64,000 bases of DNA, taken from Okamejei kenojei (Eukaryota). The DNA is taken from NCBI GenBank assembly GCA_035221665.1, contig CM069159.1, positions 18,352,001 to 18,416,000 on the forward strand, in the 5' to 3' direction. Each line of letters begins with the position of its first letter. The stretch's first letter is position 1. The notes beneath the pieces are model-generated. The model saw only the letters and a program-made list of their open reading frames with translations, did no database searches and was not told where the DNA came from. Positions 50,456 to 62,308 of the stretch are shown in pieces. The translations under genes were made by a program, and so were the position numbers.

Positions 50456-51527
50456 ATCGATTAGTCCAATACCTCTGTCTCTGATGAATTCCCATCAAGC
50501 AATTTGAATCCAGCTAATCCAGCTAATAGATGCAAATACAACTAATAAAGAGGTGGCATCAGGAAAACCATTGCCAGAGCTCATTTATTTTATTAAACAT
50601 TGAAATACACAAACAGTGATAATTATTCCGATGGATGCACACAATGCTCCTTCTGTGCCCATTATGGTCTCCATGTCAACATCCTTGCAAACAAATACAA
50701 ATTGGCATGGTTATTTCTATATTTTCAGCTTTAATTACAGAGCTAAAGCACAATCTTGCACTTTCTTGATAAAAAGGCATATAATTCAAACTTGATTTTG
50801 GAAAAGTAAATGTGGATAAACTGCAGTATAATTCTTGGCTGCTTATCTTGCTTGAAAAGAACCAGGAGAAGAACAATTACTGATCCAGAGAGACTTCGAA
50901 AAGTAATTAACCTTTAGGGAGTACCTGAGCCATGGCTTTGAATAGGCAATGTACATTAGTAACTGTGCATTGCAACAACACTATGGATGTCAGAATGATT
51001 CATAGTCAATTGCCTGTAGTTGTAGGTTTAGCACTTCTGATGCGTGGACTTGCTTGCTTTTAACCTTAAGTGACTGACATATCATGACTTATCATTAAGA
51101 AAAATTGCTGCTCTCCAGAGACTTCATTAAAAACATTAGTTGGAGTCTTTATTTAATGTTGTCAGTCCTGTCTATAAAATAACTTGCAACTGCAATTTGC
51201 AAATTTATTGCACATAAATAATTTCATTTTGGAGAACCAAAATTCTGTAAACTCAATATTGAGTAGATGGCATTGATGGAATAAATGGATTTATAAATTA
51301 GGCCAATTCAAATAATTCTAAATGATAATGTAATGAGTTAGGAAGCAGAAATAACTCTGCTGTATAATCTTGTTTGCCTGGCAGCAGGAAGAGGGAAACT
51401 TGTCAATCTGACTGCCATGCCTGGAGTCAGTGAAATATGTGGAAAGTTCTAACATCTTGACACTTTAAGACTTGCAATCAATGGTCGCGCTCGTGAATAG
51501 ATTTAGATTTTTTTTTAAACTGTATTG

Positions 51528-51935
51528 CGGAGTGGAGGTCCTCATCTTGAGAACAGATGCAATGGAGGCAGAGGAACTGAGAGGAAGGGGTGGCATCCTT
51601 ACAATAGATAAAGAGGATGGGAGTAGGTGCAGTCTCGGTAGCTGTGGGAGTCAGTGGGTTTGAAGTTCATGTCAGTCGATAGTTTGTCTCCTGAGATGGT
51701 GACGGAAAGATCGGGAGAGTGGAGGGTGGTGTCAGAATTAGTGCAAGTGGATTTGAAGGCTGGATGCAGGTTGATGGCGAAGTCGATGAGATTGGGGAGT
51801 TCTGCTCGGGTGCACAAGCAGCATCGATGGAGTAGTGACAAAGTAGGTTTGGAGCAGAGAGTGCGCCACATAGTCAATGAAGAGGCACGCATGCACATGG
51901 TTAGGTCTCTAATTTGCTGAGAGTGTGAGGAGTCG
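51528..51935 (-). mobile_element. Penelope-like element reverse transcriptase C-terminal fragment
   Basis: FAINLHPAFKSTCTNSDTTLHSPDLSVTISGDKLSTDMNFKPTDSHSYRDCTYSHP, then after a frameshift CKDATPSSQFLCLHCICSQDE; typical PLE RT thumb. Confidence 0.88.
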
Positions 51936-52249
51936 AAAGAAGTTATTAAACCCAAGTTCAACAATGAGAATATTAGTAGAGTGGAACTGGTTGGATCACA
52001 AGCCTCGGCTCGTTTCATAAAAGGACTGCATTGCAATGACTTCCCAACAAACCCATTCATCTTGGACTAAATAATAAAACAATAAATGTTGCAAAGCTAC
52101 ACCTTGAAACATACCTTTTCTTTCCATCATAACCTGCTTGAGATCTTGGATGCCTCTCATATTAAGTTGTTGCATCTGACATTTCTCCAGGATTTTTCAT
52201 ACCAGAAATACTAAAATCCTGGCAATCATGCGATTTGTACAGTACAACA

Positions 52250-52456
52250 TAAGGAAATGCAGAGGTTGATTTATACCAAAGATCGACACAAATGCTGGAG
52301 TAACTCAGCAGGTTCGGCAGCATCTCTGGGGAAAATGGGTTGGTGACAGTCGGGACTCTTCTTACTGAAAGTGAGTACCAACCTGAAACGTCACCTATCC
52401 ACTTTCTCCACAGATGTTGCCTAACCTGCTGTGCTACTCCAGCATTTTGTGTCTGC
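52250..52456. mobile_element. Palindromic PLE-terminus element (a further arm lies at 52572-52642)
   Basis: gacacaaatgctggagtaactcagcagg mirrored by cctgctgtgctactccagcattttgtgtc; gaaacgtcacc remnant. Confidence 0.8.
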
Positions 52457-53687
52457 GTGAGTTGTACTTTTTGATTGGTTTCATCTTTTGGACCGTCTCA
52501 GGATGATTTGCATCCATTATAGTTCTCTGGGTTCTCAAATGGTTAATAAGGTCTAAGCTGGACTCAAAGAAATTCAGCGGGTCAGGCAGCATCTCTGGAG
52601 AAAAAAATGGGGCCGTTTTGGGGCGGGACCTTTCTTCAGACTTCAGTGCCACAAGAGGTACAGGGGTGCTTGATGAGCTGTTTTGTAGGTTGTTGGGGAG
52701 GCTGTGCATTCCTTTTGCTACTTTTACTAGGTCCGTGTGCATCTTGTCAACGCGATGCAGCATCTTCCTGGATGCTCCATCTCGATTGTGAGTGATCCCT
52801 GCCAGGAGTTGTCACAAGCCAAGGGTGATGTTTTATTTATTCAAACGGACTTGAGCTTCAAGCAGTTTTATGATTATCTAAAATGTCTCCATTGCCTTCC
52901 AGTGGATAATTCGACATCTTAATTTTTGTTTGTGCTTTGTGGAACGTCCCCTCAGAAATTGGCTTCCTGCTGCACCTGATTCTCATGGCTCAGATTCTCA
53001 CTGTCTTGCTGTTCTTTTGTTTCCTTTCAAGTTCATTGACTTTGCACAAATCTCCATTCGTCATGTGGTGCACACATTGAAACCCACGCGACAGAAAATA
53101 GGCCTGTTGGCCAACAGAGTAACACCTGGATGCCTGTGCATTATTATCTGGCACAGTGGTGATTTGAATAGACTTGCAATGCAGATACTGTAAATCAGTG
53201 GAGTCTGCATTAACTGGTGAATGTTGTTAAATGCAGCTCCACCCACTCATCATTGAGGCTTCACACAATATTCTCCAAACGTTAAGTTATTTAACGATAA
53301 CAAACACAAGGGAGGCAAATTGCAGTTTCATTTTATTTTATAGACCTTCCCAATTACATTAAAAAGACCACTTAATTTTCTAAATGGAAGTCTCCTGGTA
53401 GCTCCAATCATATTCAATGCAAGTATAATATGCAAACGATTATCATAGTTTATACGAAGAATGTTTAAAGAAAAGCGACAATTGGTTCATCTCATTTTAT
53501 GATCTCTAGACATCCCAAAGACAGTGAATAACTTAAGTAATCTAGTCAGAGTGCAGATTTTTTTCTTTCTCCCTGTGCAAATCCCCAGAAACAATTGTGA
53601 GATAGCAGGTAGTTTGCTTCAGATAAGGGATATATGTCAACCAGGAGGTTCTCTTGCATTCAGCTGAAACTGGATAGGTTTCCGTTT

Positions 53688-53839
53688 GTGTAGGAAGGAA
53701 CTGCAGATGCTGGTTTACACTGAAGATAGACACAAGATGCTGGAGTAACTCAGCGTGACAAGCAGGAGAGAAGGAATGGGTGACGTTTCGGTCGAAGCCC
53801 TTCTTCAGACCAGCTCGACCCAGCATTTTGTGTCAATCC
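53688..53839 (-). mobile_element. PLE-terminus element with near-perfect 13 bp TSD
   Basis: taggtttccgttt 53675-53687 versus taggtttcagttt 53840-53852; short inverted second arm. Confidence 0.82.
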
Positions 53840-54334
53840 TAGGTTTCAGTTTATTGTCTGATAGTTGCAGCATCTATTCTTCACTAAAAAAATAAGGCGT
53901 TGGTCCATTTTCTGACTGCATTTCCTCACCGAGACATAAAGTCACAATGTTCAGCCTGGAAATGTAACACCAAAGTAAGATGTATGGGAGGATTTTGCAT
54001 TCTTCTTTTCCATTAATACGACAACAATTAACAAGGCACTACTAAACCACTTCATGGCTAAGTTGAAACCAAGTTAACATCTCAGGCACTACACTTACAA
54101 AGCCTTCTCCAACAAGTGTGATTCAAGTATGATGCATCTGTACTGCAGTTACATTATCTCTTGAGTCAAGGTAAAAATCTTCTGTAGGATTTAATTATCT
54201 TTTACATTATCACTGAGCAGATTTTGTAAAGTCGCCCATGGCACTTCCAGTTAAAAGTGAACTAGAATGTAGGATATCTCATTCGACACATCCATATAGC
54301 TGACTTGACAAATGATTGGACACAAAACACACAA

Positions 54335-54600
54335 CAAAACAGTACAGAACAGGAACCAGGGCTTCAGCCCACAATGACCATGCCAAACATGATGGCAAAT
54401 TAAATTGATCTCCTCTGCCTACATGTGGTCCAATTCCTCCACACCCTGCATATCCATGTGCCCATTGGAAAGCCTCTTAAATGCCACTATCATATCTACC
54501 TCTGCCACCATCCTTGGCAGTGAGTTCCAGGCATCCACCACACTCTGTAAAGAATATATATTCCCCGCACATCTTCAAACTTTTCCCTCTCACCTCGAAA
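54335..54600 (-). mobile_element. CR1 3' end
   Basis: gtacagaacaggaaccagggcttcagcccacaatg tail; ccttggcagtgagttccaggcatccaccac (minus strand VVDAWNSLP). Confidence 0.75.
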
Positions 54601-55619
54601 CTATTGGGAGAGGATATCAGCAGTTCAATAAATCGATCAGCCTATAAATGGGGTCTTTTGGTTTCATCAATGTCATTTGGTTCAGACTTCAATACAGAGG
54701 GAGCCACGGGCCTGGAAATTCTCTCACAGAGCACAATACTTGCAGAAGCAACTTGAAAGAATTTTACAGGCAATTGTTTTCTCACTGTATGATTTTCACG
54801 GTTCATGAAATTGCTTCAAGCCCCTCCATGCAGCCATTGAAACATGCATTTAGAAGGCATTTGGCAAAATCCACTCATGCAGAAGCAAATCTTCACAACG
54901 AGTGCGGGTCTGCTTCGGTAAAACATACAGGGGAGTAGCCTGATTGGTTTTCAACCTGTGAAGTTGAGGACTTTGAAAGCGTCTGCAAATACATCTCAAG
55001 ACAGTGCTCGAGTAATTCAGCATGTAAGGCTTCCCTGTCCCCCAGAGATGCTGCCTGACCCGCTGAGTTATTCCAGCACTTTGTATTTTTGTTTCTAAAC
55101 AGCATCTGCAGTTCTTTGTAACTACATAACTGCAATTGCATCTCCTTTGTTAAGTACTTGTCCTGCTCTGCTGGTCTCTTTCAGGCCCACAAATGCGCAT
55201 ACAGTTCTAATATTTCTGTGGCAAGTAGCCATCTTCACTCAATTCTCCTGCTAAACAATATACTCCTATCAAATGAAACAAACAGTTGACGCAAACTCTG
55301 TGCTTCCAAAAAAAAAAGACACACAGTGCTGGAGGAACTCAGCAGGTCAGGCAGCATATAATACTTAGAGTATGGAACAATTATATAATATTTCTATGAC
55401 CAGGCTAGGGAATACAAAGTGTGGAGTTTGCAAAAATAAGGGCAGAACTGACTGCTGCACAAAAACCTTGACAAGAATGCTTGAAATAGAAATTTAAAGA
55501 TAGCACAACAAAAGCAAAACATTCCAAAAATATCATGTTTCAGTAGGTGAAAAGAGGACACCTTCCTTCTCTTCCCCCAGCTTTTAAAATAATCTCTCAT
55601 ATTTCCCTGAATCATCCTA

Positions 55620-56050
55620 AGTGTGGGGGATTGGGTGGACGCTGCCTGGCCCATCACTGGTACTGACCTCCCCACCATCTATAGCAGGCACTGCTTCAAA
55701 AAGGCAGCCAGCATCATCAAGGACACACATCACCACCCGAGCCACTCTCTCATTTCACCGTTGCCATTGGGAAACATCTGAAAGCTGTGATCACCAGATT
55801 CAAGAATAACTTCTTCCTAACAACCATCAGGCACTTGAACTCTACACACATTAACAAAATGATCTATGAGTTGTCATGATTGCACTAAGGACCTTGTGCT
55901 GTCTGTAATAAGGGTTGAGGTTTTCATTTATTGGATTTTTTTGTTTTTCTATTATCTATGAGCACTGTATTTACAGGCTTGTTATGCTTTAGCAAATAAA
56001 ATTGTCATAGTTCCATTTTTGGTACATATGACATTTAAACATTCCCGACT
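55620..56050 (+). mobile_element. Rex1/Babar LINE 3' fragment
   Basis: gcccatcactggtactgacctccccaccatc...aaggcagccagcatcatcaaggac (ITGTDLPTI...KAASIIKD..HP.H.L..PLP); same family as 4274-4745. Confidence 0.8.
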
Positions 56051-56496
56051 CTGGTCTAATCAATCTTCATCTATGGTTATTACAACCTCACACAATCAGT
56101 TTTTGATTTCACTTATTACAGTGTCTTCAATGTTACTCTTGCCATTGTATTAGGCTATTAGCCATAAGATTATAACTCTTCCTTCTTCACCCTCTTTATG
56201 TAGAATAATTCAGATAACTCGACCGCTGCGCCTCTGTGCTGCACCTATCTTTTTTTGAAGAAGGTTTACTTTTGGGACTTTTGGAGTTCATTGAACAAAA
56301 AGAATGGAATGATATCCTCTCCAGCGTCAAAATCTTTTAACTTGTGCATTAAACTCACAAGCTTTTATATCGGTATTAACTGTAAATATGAACATAAATA
56401 GGGAATGGATAGAAAATAGACAGCTAAATTGGAATGGAAGCTTGTAATTTTCATTTTTTATCTCATGAGTACTAAATATTAGGAATATCCTGTGGT

Positions 56497-57628
56497 AGAG
56501 TCATAGAGTGATACAGTGTGGAAACAGGCCCTTCGGCCCAACTCGCCCACACCGGCCAACAATGTCACAGCTACACTAGTCCCGCTTGTCTACGCTTGGT
56601 CTATATCCCTCCAAACCTGTTCTATCCTTGTACCTGTCCAACTGTTTCGTAAACCATGGGATAGTCCCAGCCTTAACTACCTCTTCTGGCAGCTTGTTTC
56701 ATACATCCACCATTTTTGTGTGAATATGTTACCCCTCGGATTCCTATTAAATCTTTTCCCCTTCACCTTGAACCTATGCCCTCTGGTCCTTGATGCCCCT
56801 ACTCTGGGCAAGAGATCCTGTGCATCTATTCCTCTCATGATTTTGTACACCTCTATAAGATCCCCCCTCATCCTCCTGCGCTCCATGGAATAGAGACCCA
56901 GCCTACTCAACCTCTCCCTACAGCTCACACCCTTTAGTCCTTGCAACATGCTCGTGAATATTTTCTGAACCCTTTCAAGCTTGACAATATCTTTCCTATA
57001 ACATGGTGCCCAGAACTGACCACAATATTCTAAATGAGGTCTCACCAACATCTTATATAATTGCAACATGACCTCCCAACTTCTATACTCAATACTCTGA
57101 CTGATGAAGGCCAAAGTGCCAAAAGTCTTTTTGACCACCTTATCTACCTGTGACTCGACCTTCAAAGAACCATGCACCTGTACTCCTAGATCCCTCTACT
57201 CTACAACACTACCCAGAGGCCTACCATTTGATGTGTTGGTCCTGTCCCAAAATGCAACATTTCACACTTCTCTGTATTAAATTCCATCAACCATTCCTCT
57301 GCCCACCTGGTCAATCGATCCAGATCCTGCTACAATTGTCCACAACCATCTTCACTATCTGCAAAACCACTCACTTTTGTATCATCAGCAAACTTGCTTA
57401 TCTTGTCCTTTATGTTCTCATCCAATTCATTGATGTAGATGACAAACAGTAATGGGCCCAGCACCGAACCCTGAGGCACACCACTAGTCACAGGCATCCC
57501 TGTCTGAGAAGCAACCTTCCACCATTACCCTGTGCTTCCTTCCATGGAGTCAATTTGCAATCCATTCAGCTTTCACTCCTTGGATCCCATGCGATCTAAC
57601 CTTCCAGAGCAGCCTACCATGTGGAACC
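56497..57628 (-). mobile_element. CR1/HER1 LINE 3' ~1.1 kb, RT C-terminal half
   Basis: Minus ORF 56677-57177 ...LQLYKMLVRPHLEYCGQFWAPCYRKDIVKLERVQK...ERRRMRGDLIEVYKIM...TRGHRFK; upstream gtgcctcagggttcggtgctgggccca (VPQGSVLGP) and tttgctgatgat (FADD). Confidence 0.96.
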
Positions 57629-57687
57629 TTGTCATTGTTCATTGATTATTTGTTAGTTCTCATAAAATGTACATTCAATAGCGGGAG

Positions 57688-57885
57688 GCAAGGTGGGACA
57701 GTGGTCGAGTTGCTTCCTTACAGCGCCAGAGACCTGAGTTCGATCCTGACTATGGGTTCTGTCTGTACGGAGTTTGTATGTTCTCCCCGTGACCTGTGTG
57801 GGTTTTCTCCAGGAGCTCTGGTTTCCTCCCACATTCCAAAGATGTACAGGTGGGTAGGTTAATTGGCTTCACTAAAGATTACAAA
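57688..57885 (+). mobile_element. HE1-like V-SINE, 3'-truncated
   Basis: ggtgggacagtggtcgagttgc, B-box gagttcgatcc, V-domain. Confidence 0.88.
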
Positions 57886-58338
57886 TTTATAAGAAAGCTA
57901 AATATCAAAACTATTCTAAATTGTTGACTAAGTTTCCAGCTTAGTTGCTTAATAGCAGTTGCCTGAGTCCAATTGTGTCTGAGAAATTTCCTAACTAGAG
58001 TTTCCATTTCAAACCGAGGTTCATTTCTGATTAAACAATAAGAAGCCTTGGATTAATCTGAGTTCAACTGACTGTTTAATTTTCCTTTTCCTTTCTTGCT
58101 GGATCTTTGCAATTTTGAGCACAATTTACAAATATTGAGAAAGCTGCTGAAGGATGATTGAGGTTTTAATATCACCAGGTCAAGAGATACAATCCAACAG
58201 GAAATTAGGAAAAATATACAAGCTCTGAACAGCTTAAAGTATAAACTTGGCTGCAAATGCTGACATTGCGTTTCCATCTTGGGTACAATTTATCGATCAA
58301 TACTTCTTTAAAGCATAGTCCATAATGAATAGACTTAA

Positions 58339-58415
58339 TGTGCAGGAAGGAACTGCAGATGTTGATTAAAACCAAAGATAGACACAAAAAGCTGTCGTAA
58401 CTCAGTGGGTCAGAC
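58339..58415 (-). mobile_element. Short PLE arm with perfect 15 bp TSD
   Basis: aatgaatagacttaa at 58324-58338 and 58416-58430 flanking tgtgcaggaaggaactgcagatg...ctcagtgggtcagac. Confidence 0.88.
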
Positions 58416-58449
58416 AATGAATAGACTTAAAGCAAGATTTCATTTGAGA

Positions 58450-58636
58450 AAAAACACACAAAGTGCTGGAGTAACTCGTTAGTCAGGCTGCATCTCTGGA
58501 TGCTAATTAATCTGAAGAAGGCTACCATTCCAAAACTTCACCTATCCATGTTCTCTAGAGATGCTGCCTGACCCGCTGGGTTGCACATGCACGCCGTGCC
58601 TTTGTTTGGTAAACTAGCATCTGCAGTTCCTTGTGT
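58450..58636. mobile_element. Palindromic PLE-terminus element
   Basis: aaagtgctggagtaactcg...tctgaagaagg...gatgctgcctgacccgctg...agcatctgcagttcc. Confidence 0.75.
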
Positions 58637-59307
58637 AAATTGGAATATGTTCATGTTTGCAAGATGCAAAGCCTTTGCTGGAAATCTAACGGAGTCACTA
58701 CACCAACTTTATGTCAATTCATCAAAATAGTCCTGTAACATAACAAATCCGGTAAAATAAGAAACAACTGAATTTCTGTAAATTGACGCCTATAAATCTT
58801 TTCTTCAACTGCAATTTCATAACTACGTTAAGTAATGAGCTATGGAGATACTTGTTTTAATTGCTTGTTGTTTGTTGGTCCAACAGTTGGAGTCAAGGGC
58901 AAAACCAATGCCTACAACCTTATATTTTGCAAAAATAAGTCATCTTAAATATCTGTATTTTTGAAATAGCACAGTGAAATGGAGTTCAGTAAGTGGAGCA
59001 AACCCACTTAGTTTTTGCCCTATGGAAGGTTCTATTCCATTTGAATGGTATGTCAGACATCTTGTTCTCAAAGTATATATTCCATCTTTATTCTATGGAT
59101 TGATGTAAAACAACCGTTTAAAATCTGTAGAGCATAGAACTTGCATCATATTCATTTTGTCTTTCACATGTTTTTTTGATTAATTTCCTCTCTGCTCCAT
59201 GCACATATGAGTTGAAGCAAGATAAATCAGCATTAGTTATATTTAGAACTTTTCCTCATGGTGAAATGCCAATATTTCAACATTTCCAATATTACTCTGA
59301 TAGAGTA

Positions 59308-59438
59308 GTGTAGGAAAGAACTGCAGATGCTGGTTTAAATTAAAGGTAGACAAAATGCTGGAGTAACTCAGCGGGACAGGCAGCATCCCTGGAGTAAAGG
59401 AATGGGTGACGTGTCAGGTCGAGACCCTTCTTCAGACT
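59308..59438 (-). mobile_element. PLE-terminus arm
   Basis: gtgtaggaaagaactgcagatgctgg...gggtgacgtgtcaggtcgagacccttcttcagact. Confidence 0.85.
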
Positions 59439-59639
59439 CAAGTGGTGTGTTGTGGATCTGCAGCTTTCTAACGTGTACATTTGCCTGTCATTACAGAGTG
59501 TCTTATACATTGAACAGGGTCTGCTTGAGCACAAATACCGTGAAATACCAGGAGTTGGAGTCGGCTACTCTGCTCTTCAAGCTTGCTCTGTGATTTATAA
59601 AGATCATGACTGATTTGATTGTAACGTCAACATTTACAT

Positions 59640-60045
59640 TGGATGGCCAAGCTAGGACTTTATTCCTTGAAGTGCAGAATGTTGAGGGGTGATCTTGTAA
59701 AGGGCTATAAGATAATGAGAGGAATAGGTCGGGTAAATGCACTGAGTCTGTTACCCAGAGCAGAGGAATCAAGACCAGAGGGCTTCAGTTAATGGTGAGG
59801 GAGGAAAAATGTAATAGGAACCTTAGGAGCCACTTTGTTGCACGAAGGGTGGTGGGTTTTTGGAATGAGCTGCCAGAGGAGGTAGTTGAGCATAAGGTTT
59901 AGAAAACATTTGGCAGCGTACATAGATAGGCCAGATTTAGAAGGATATGTGCCAAATTCAGGCAGGAGGGACAAGTGTAGATGGGGCCTGTTGGTTGACA
60001 AGAGCAAGTTGGGTCGAAGAGTCTGTTTCCATGCTGTATGGCTTG
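59640..60045 (+). mobile_element. CR1/HER1 LINE 3' end
   Basis: ctaggactttattccttga...ttgaggggtgatctt (LGLYSL...LRGDL), ttttggaatgagctgccagag (WNELPE), tail ctgtttccatgctgtatg. Confidence 0.85.
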
Positions 60046-60255
60046 ATGATCCGTATGACTTGTTAACTTTGCAATTGCGTGCTTATTGTTATTTCCAATT
60101 TGGAAAAACTTTGCATCCCTTTGCTCTTGATCTTTCCACACTAATTGAAAATATATTAACTGAAGATATATCAAGGGTCTCTTCCACCACCTCTTTTAGG
60201 AAGGGACTTCCAAAGACTCATGATATTCATGAGGTTAAAACGGTTTGCAGGTTGG

Positions 60256-60339
60256 TTACCTATATTTGAAGAATACAATGTTCATACAATTAGGTTGGAC
60301 ACTATGCAAACGGAATATGAGATGTTCTTCCTCCATTTT
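60256..60339 (-). mobile_element. Penelope-like element ORF C-terminal end (after the GIY-YIG core)
   Basis: Minus translation KMEEEHLIFRLHSVQPNCMNIVFFKYR* matches the PLE ending KLEEQHLIFRLGSLQP.GMNI.F..F. Confidence 0.75.
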
Positions 60340-61257
60340 GTATATAGCAGTGACAGGGACAGTGTTGATGTTCTTTGCAGTTGGGAGCATGAGTCCCAAA
60401 GGCTGTCATGTTTTCCCAGCCCAAGGATTATGAAAGCTCTGCAGGAGAAACTTAAACTGGGGCAATAAAGACTCATTGTGATCCTCATGGGAAATTGGTA
60501 AGGCTTGCGAGAAAACCTATTAATTCCGTGTAAGAAATAATCTTTTGTTCATCACTGCAGGGACAATGTGGTTTTGACCACTACTTTGTCACATCTCCTG
60601 ATTTTCCAATGATCTAGAATGTTGAAATTAAGATATAGCTGTCAGCTGTGAATATACAGCCTGTGTCTCCCAAAATCAAAGTCCTTAAAGTACTAAAAAA
60701 TGCTTATAATTCTTGGAACCAGCTCCTCAGATTCATCAAGAGGAAAACATTCCAGTTGAGATATTAAATATATGCAATTATTCATCAAGCCACAGATTAA
60801 AAACTAGAAAATTATTGCTGTCAGCCGGGCAGCATTTCACTTCGAAATAATGAGCATGTTATGAGCATGTTAATAAACATGAAAGTGGTTTACAATGCAT
60901 CGCACCATTGCTATGTTCTGATGCAACCTGAAAATAAAATATTAATCCTCTTTGTTTGGGTGCTTTTACATTATGCATTATGGAAATAAATCTCAAAACA
61001 ATTTTTGTTTTTTTTTTAATTAGTTTACAATGAAGTCAGTGATTCTGTGATTTCTGGTGGCCTTATTTGCCCAAGAAGAAGCACCAGTTGGTTTACTGTC
61101 TTGTCCCTTGACATCAGAGCCAATTGCAAAATAACAGAACAAATAAAAAACTTGAGCCCCTAGGTCAAAGTGAAGCATTCTAGTGCTTTCAAAGAAATAT
61201 CGGACAAGATAATCATTTCAAGCGATACTGTATGAAGCAGTGGAATCATGCAGTATA

Positions 61258-61482
61258 AGACAAAAGGACGCAAACTGCTGGAGCAATTCAGCGGGTCAGG
61301 CAGAATCTCAGGAGAACATGGATAGGTGAAGTTTCGGGTCGAGACCCTACTTCAGACTGAAGTCTCGACCCAAAACGATACCTATTCATGTTCTCCAGAG
61401 ATGCTGCCTGACCTGGTGAGTTACTCCAGCACTATATGCCTTTTTGTGTATTAACCATGATCTGTACTCATTTGTTTCTACA
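61258..61482. mobile_element. Palindromic PLE-terminus element
   Basis: Arms meet at gtttcgggtcgagaccctacttcagactgaagtctcgacccaaaac. Confidence 0.85.
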
Positions 61483-62139
61483 TAATGTGAGAACAATTCT
61501 GATGTGAAAACTTAAATGAGATCAAAGCTTTTATGCCAAATCTTTCACTTTTAATTTCGTGTATTAGTTATCGGTGTTGTCTGAATTTCAGGGTCAGTTG
61601 TGTGCCTTATTAGGACAAAAAAAGCACTAGCACAATTGCATTTTTTTAATGGAATACCGAATTAGGATACTTTTTAAAACCAATGCAAAATCATTGAACA
61701 ATATTTTTTAGATTGGATTTCATGGACGGACAATTATGCTTGGCAGTTTTATGCCTTGAGGTATTAATTTAATCTTCTGAAAAGGGACTAATTCTGGTTT
61801 CCATAATTTCTAGCCTAGATTTGTCTTGTATTCCCACTGATATTGGCAAGATTGATAATGAATAGACGCTGTTGTTGATTTGTTAATTAAAAAATGTCAG
61901 CATAAAACTTTGCTATAATATTGTTATAATATTGCAAACAATGGTACCATACGGCATTAACAGGTCTTCAGATAGGCACACGGATGTGCAGAGAATGGAG
62001 GAATATGCATCATGTTCATGTGGATAGCATTAGTTTATCTTGGCATCATGTTTGGTAGATAAATTGTGGGCTGAAGGGCCTGTTCCCGTGCTGTACTCTG
62101 CAATTTTCTATGTCCACATCAGTGGTCTGTGTTATTGTA

Positions 62140-62308
62140 CATAGAAACATAGAAAATAGGTGCAGGTGTAGTCCATTCGGCCCTTCGAGCCAGCACTACC
62201 ATTCAATATGATGATGGCTGATCATCCAAACTCAGTACCCCGTTCCGGCTTTTTCGCAATATTCCTTGATTCCCTTCGCCCTAAGATCTAAATCTAACTC
62301 TCTTGAAA
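62140..62308 (-). mobile_element. CR1/HER1 LINE 3' end
   Basis: catagaaacatagaaaataggtgcagg tail repeat plus 3' UTR, same family as 12513-12705. Confidence 0.85.

Noticed and set aside
688-61482. CRISPR array or prokaryotic REP-like system from the recurring palindromic repeat
   Set aside because: Copies are dispersed, of variable length, without regular spacers or cas genes, and are explained by PLE termini.
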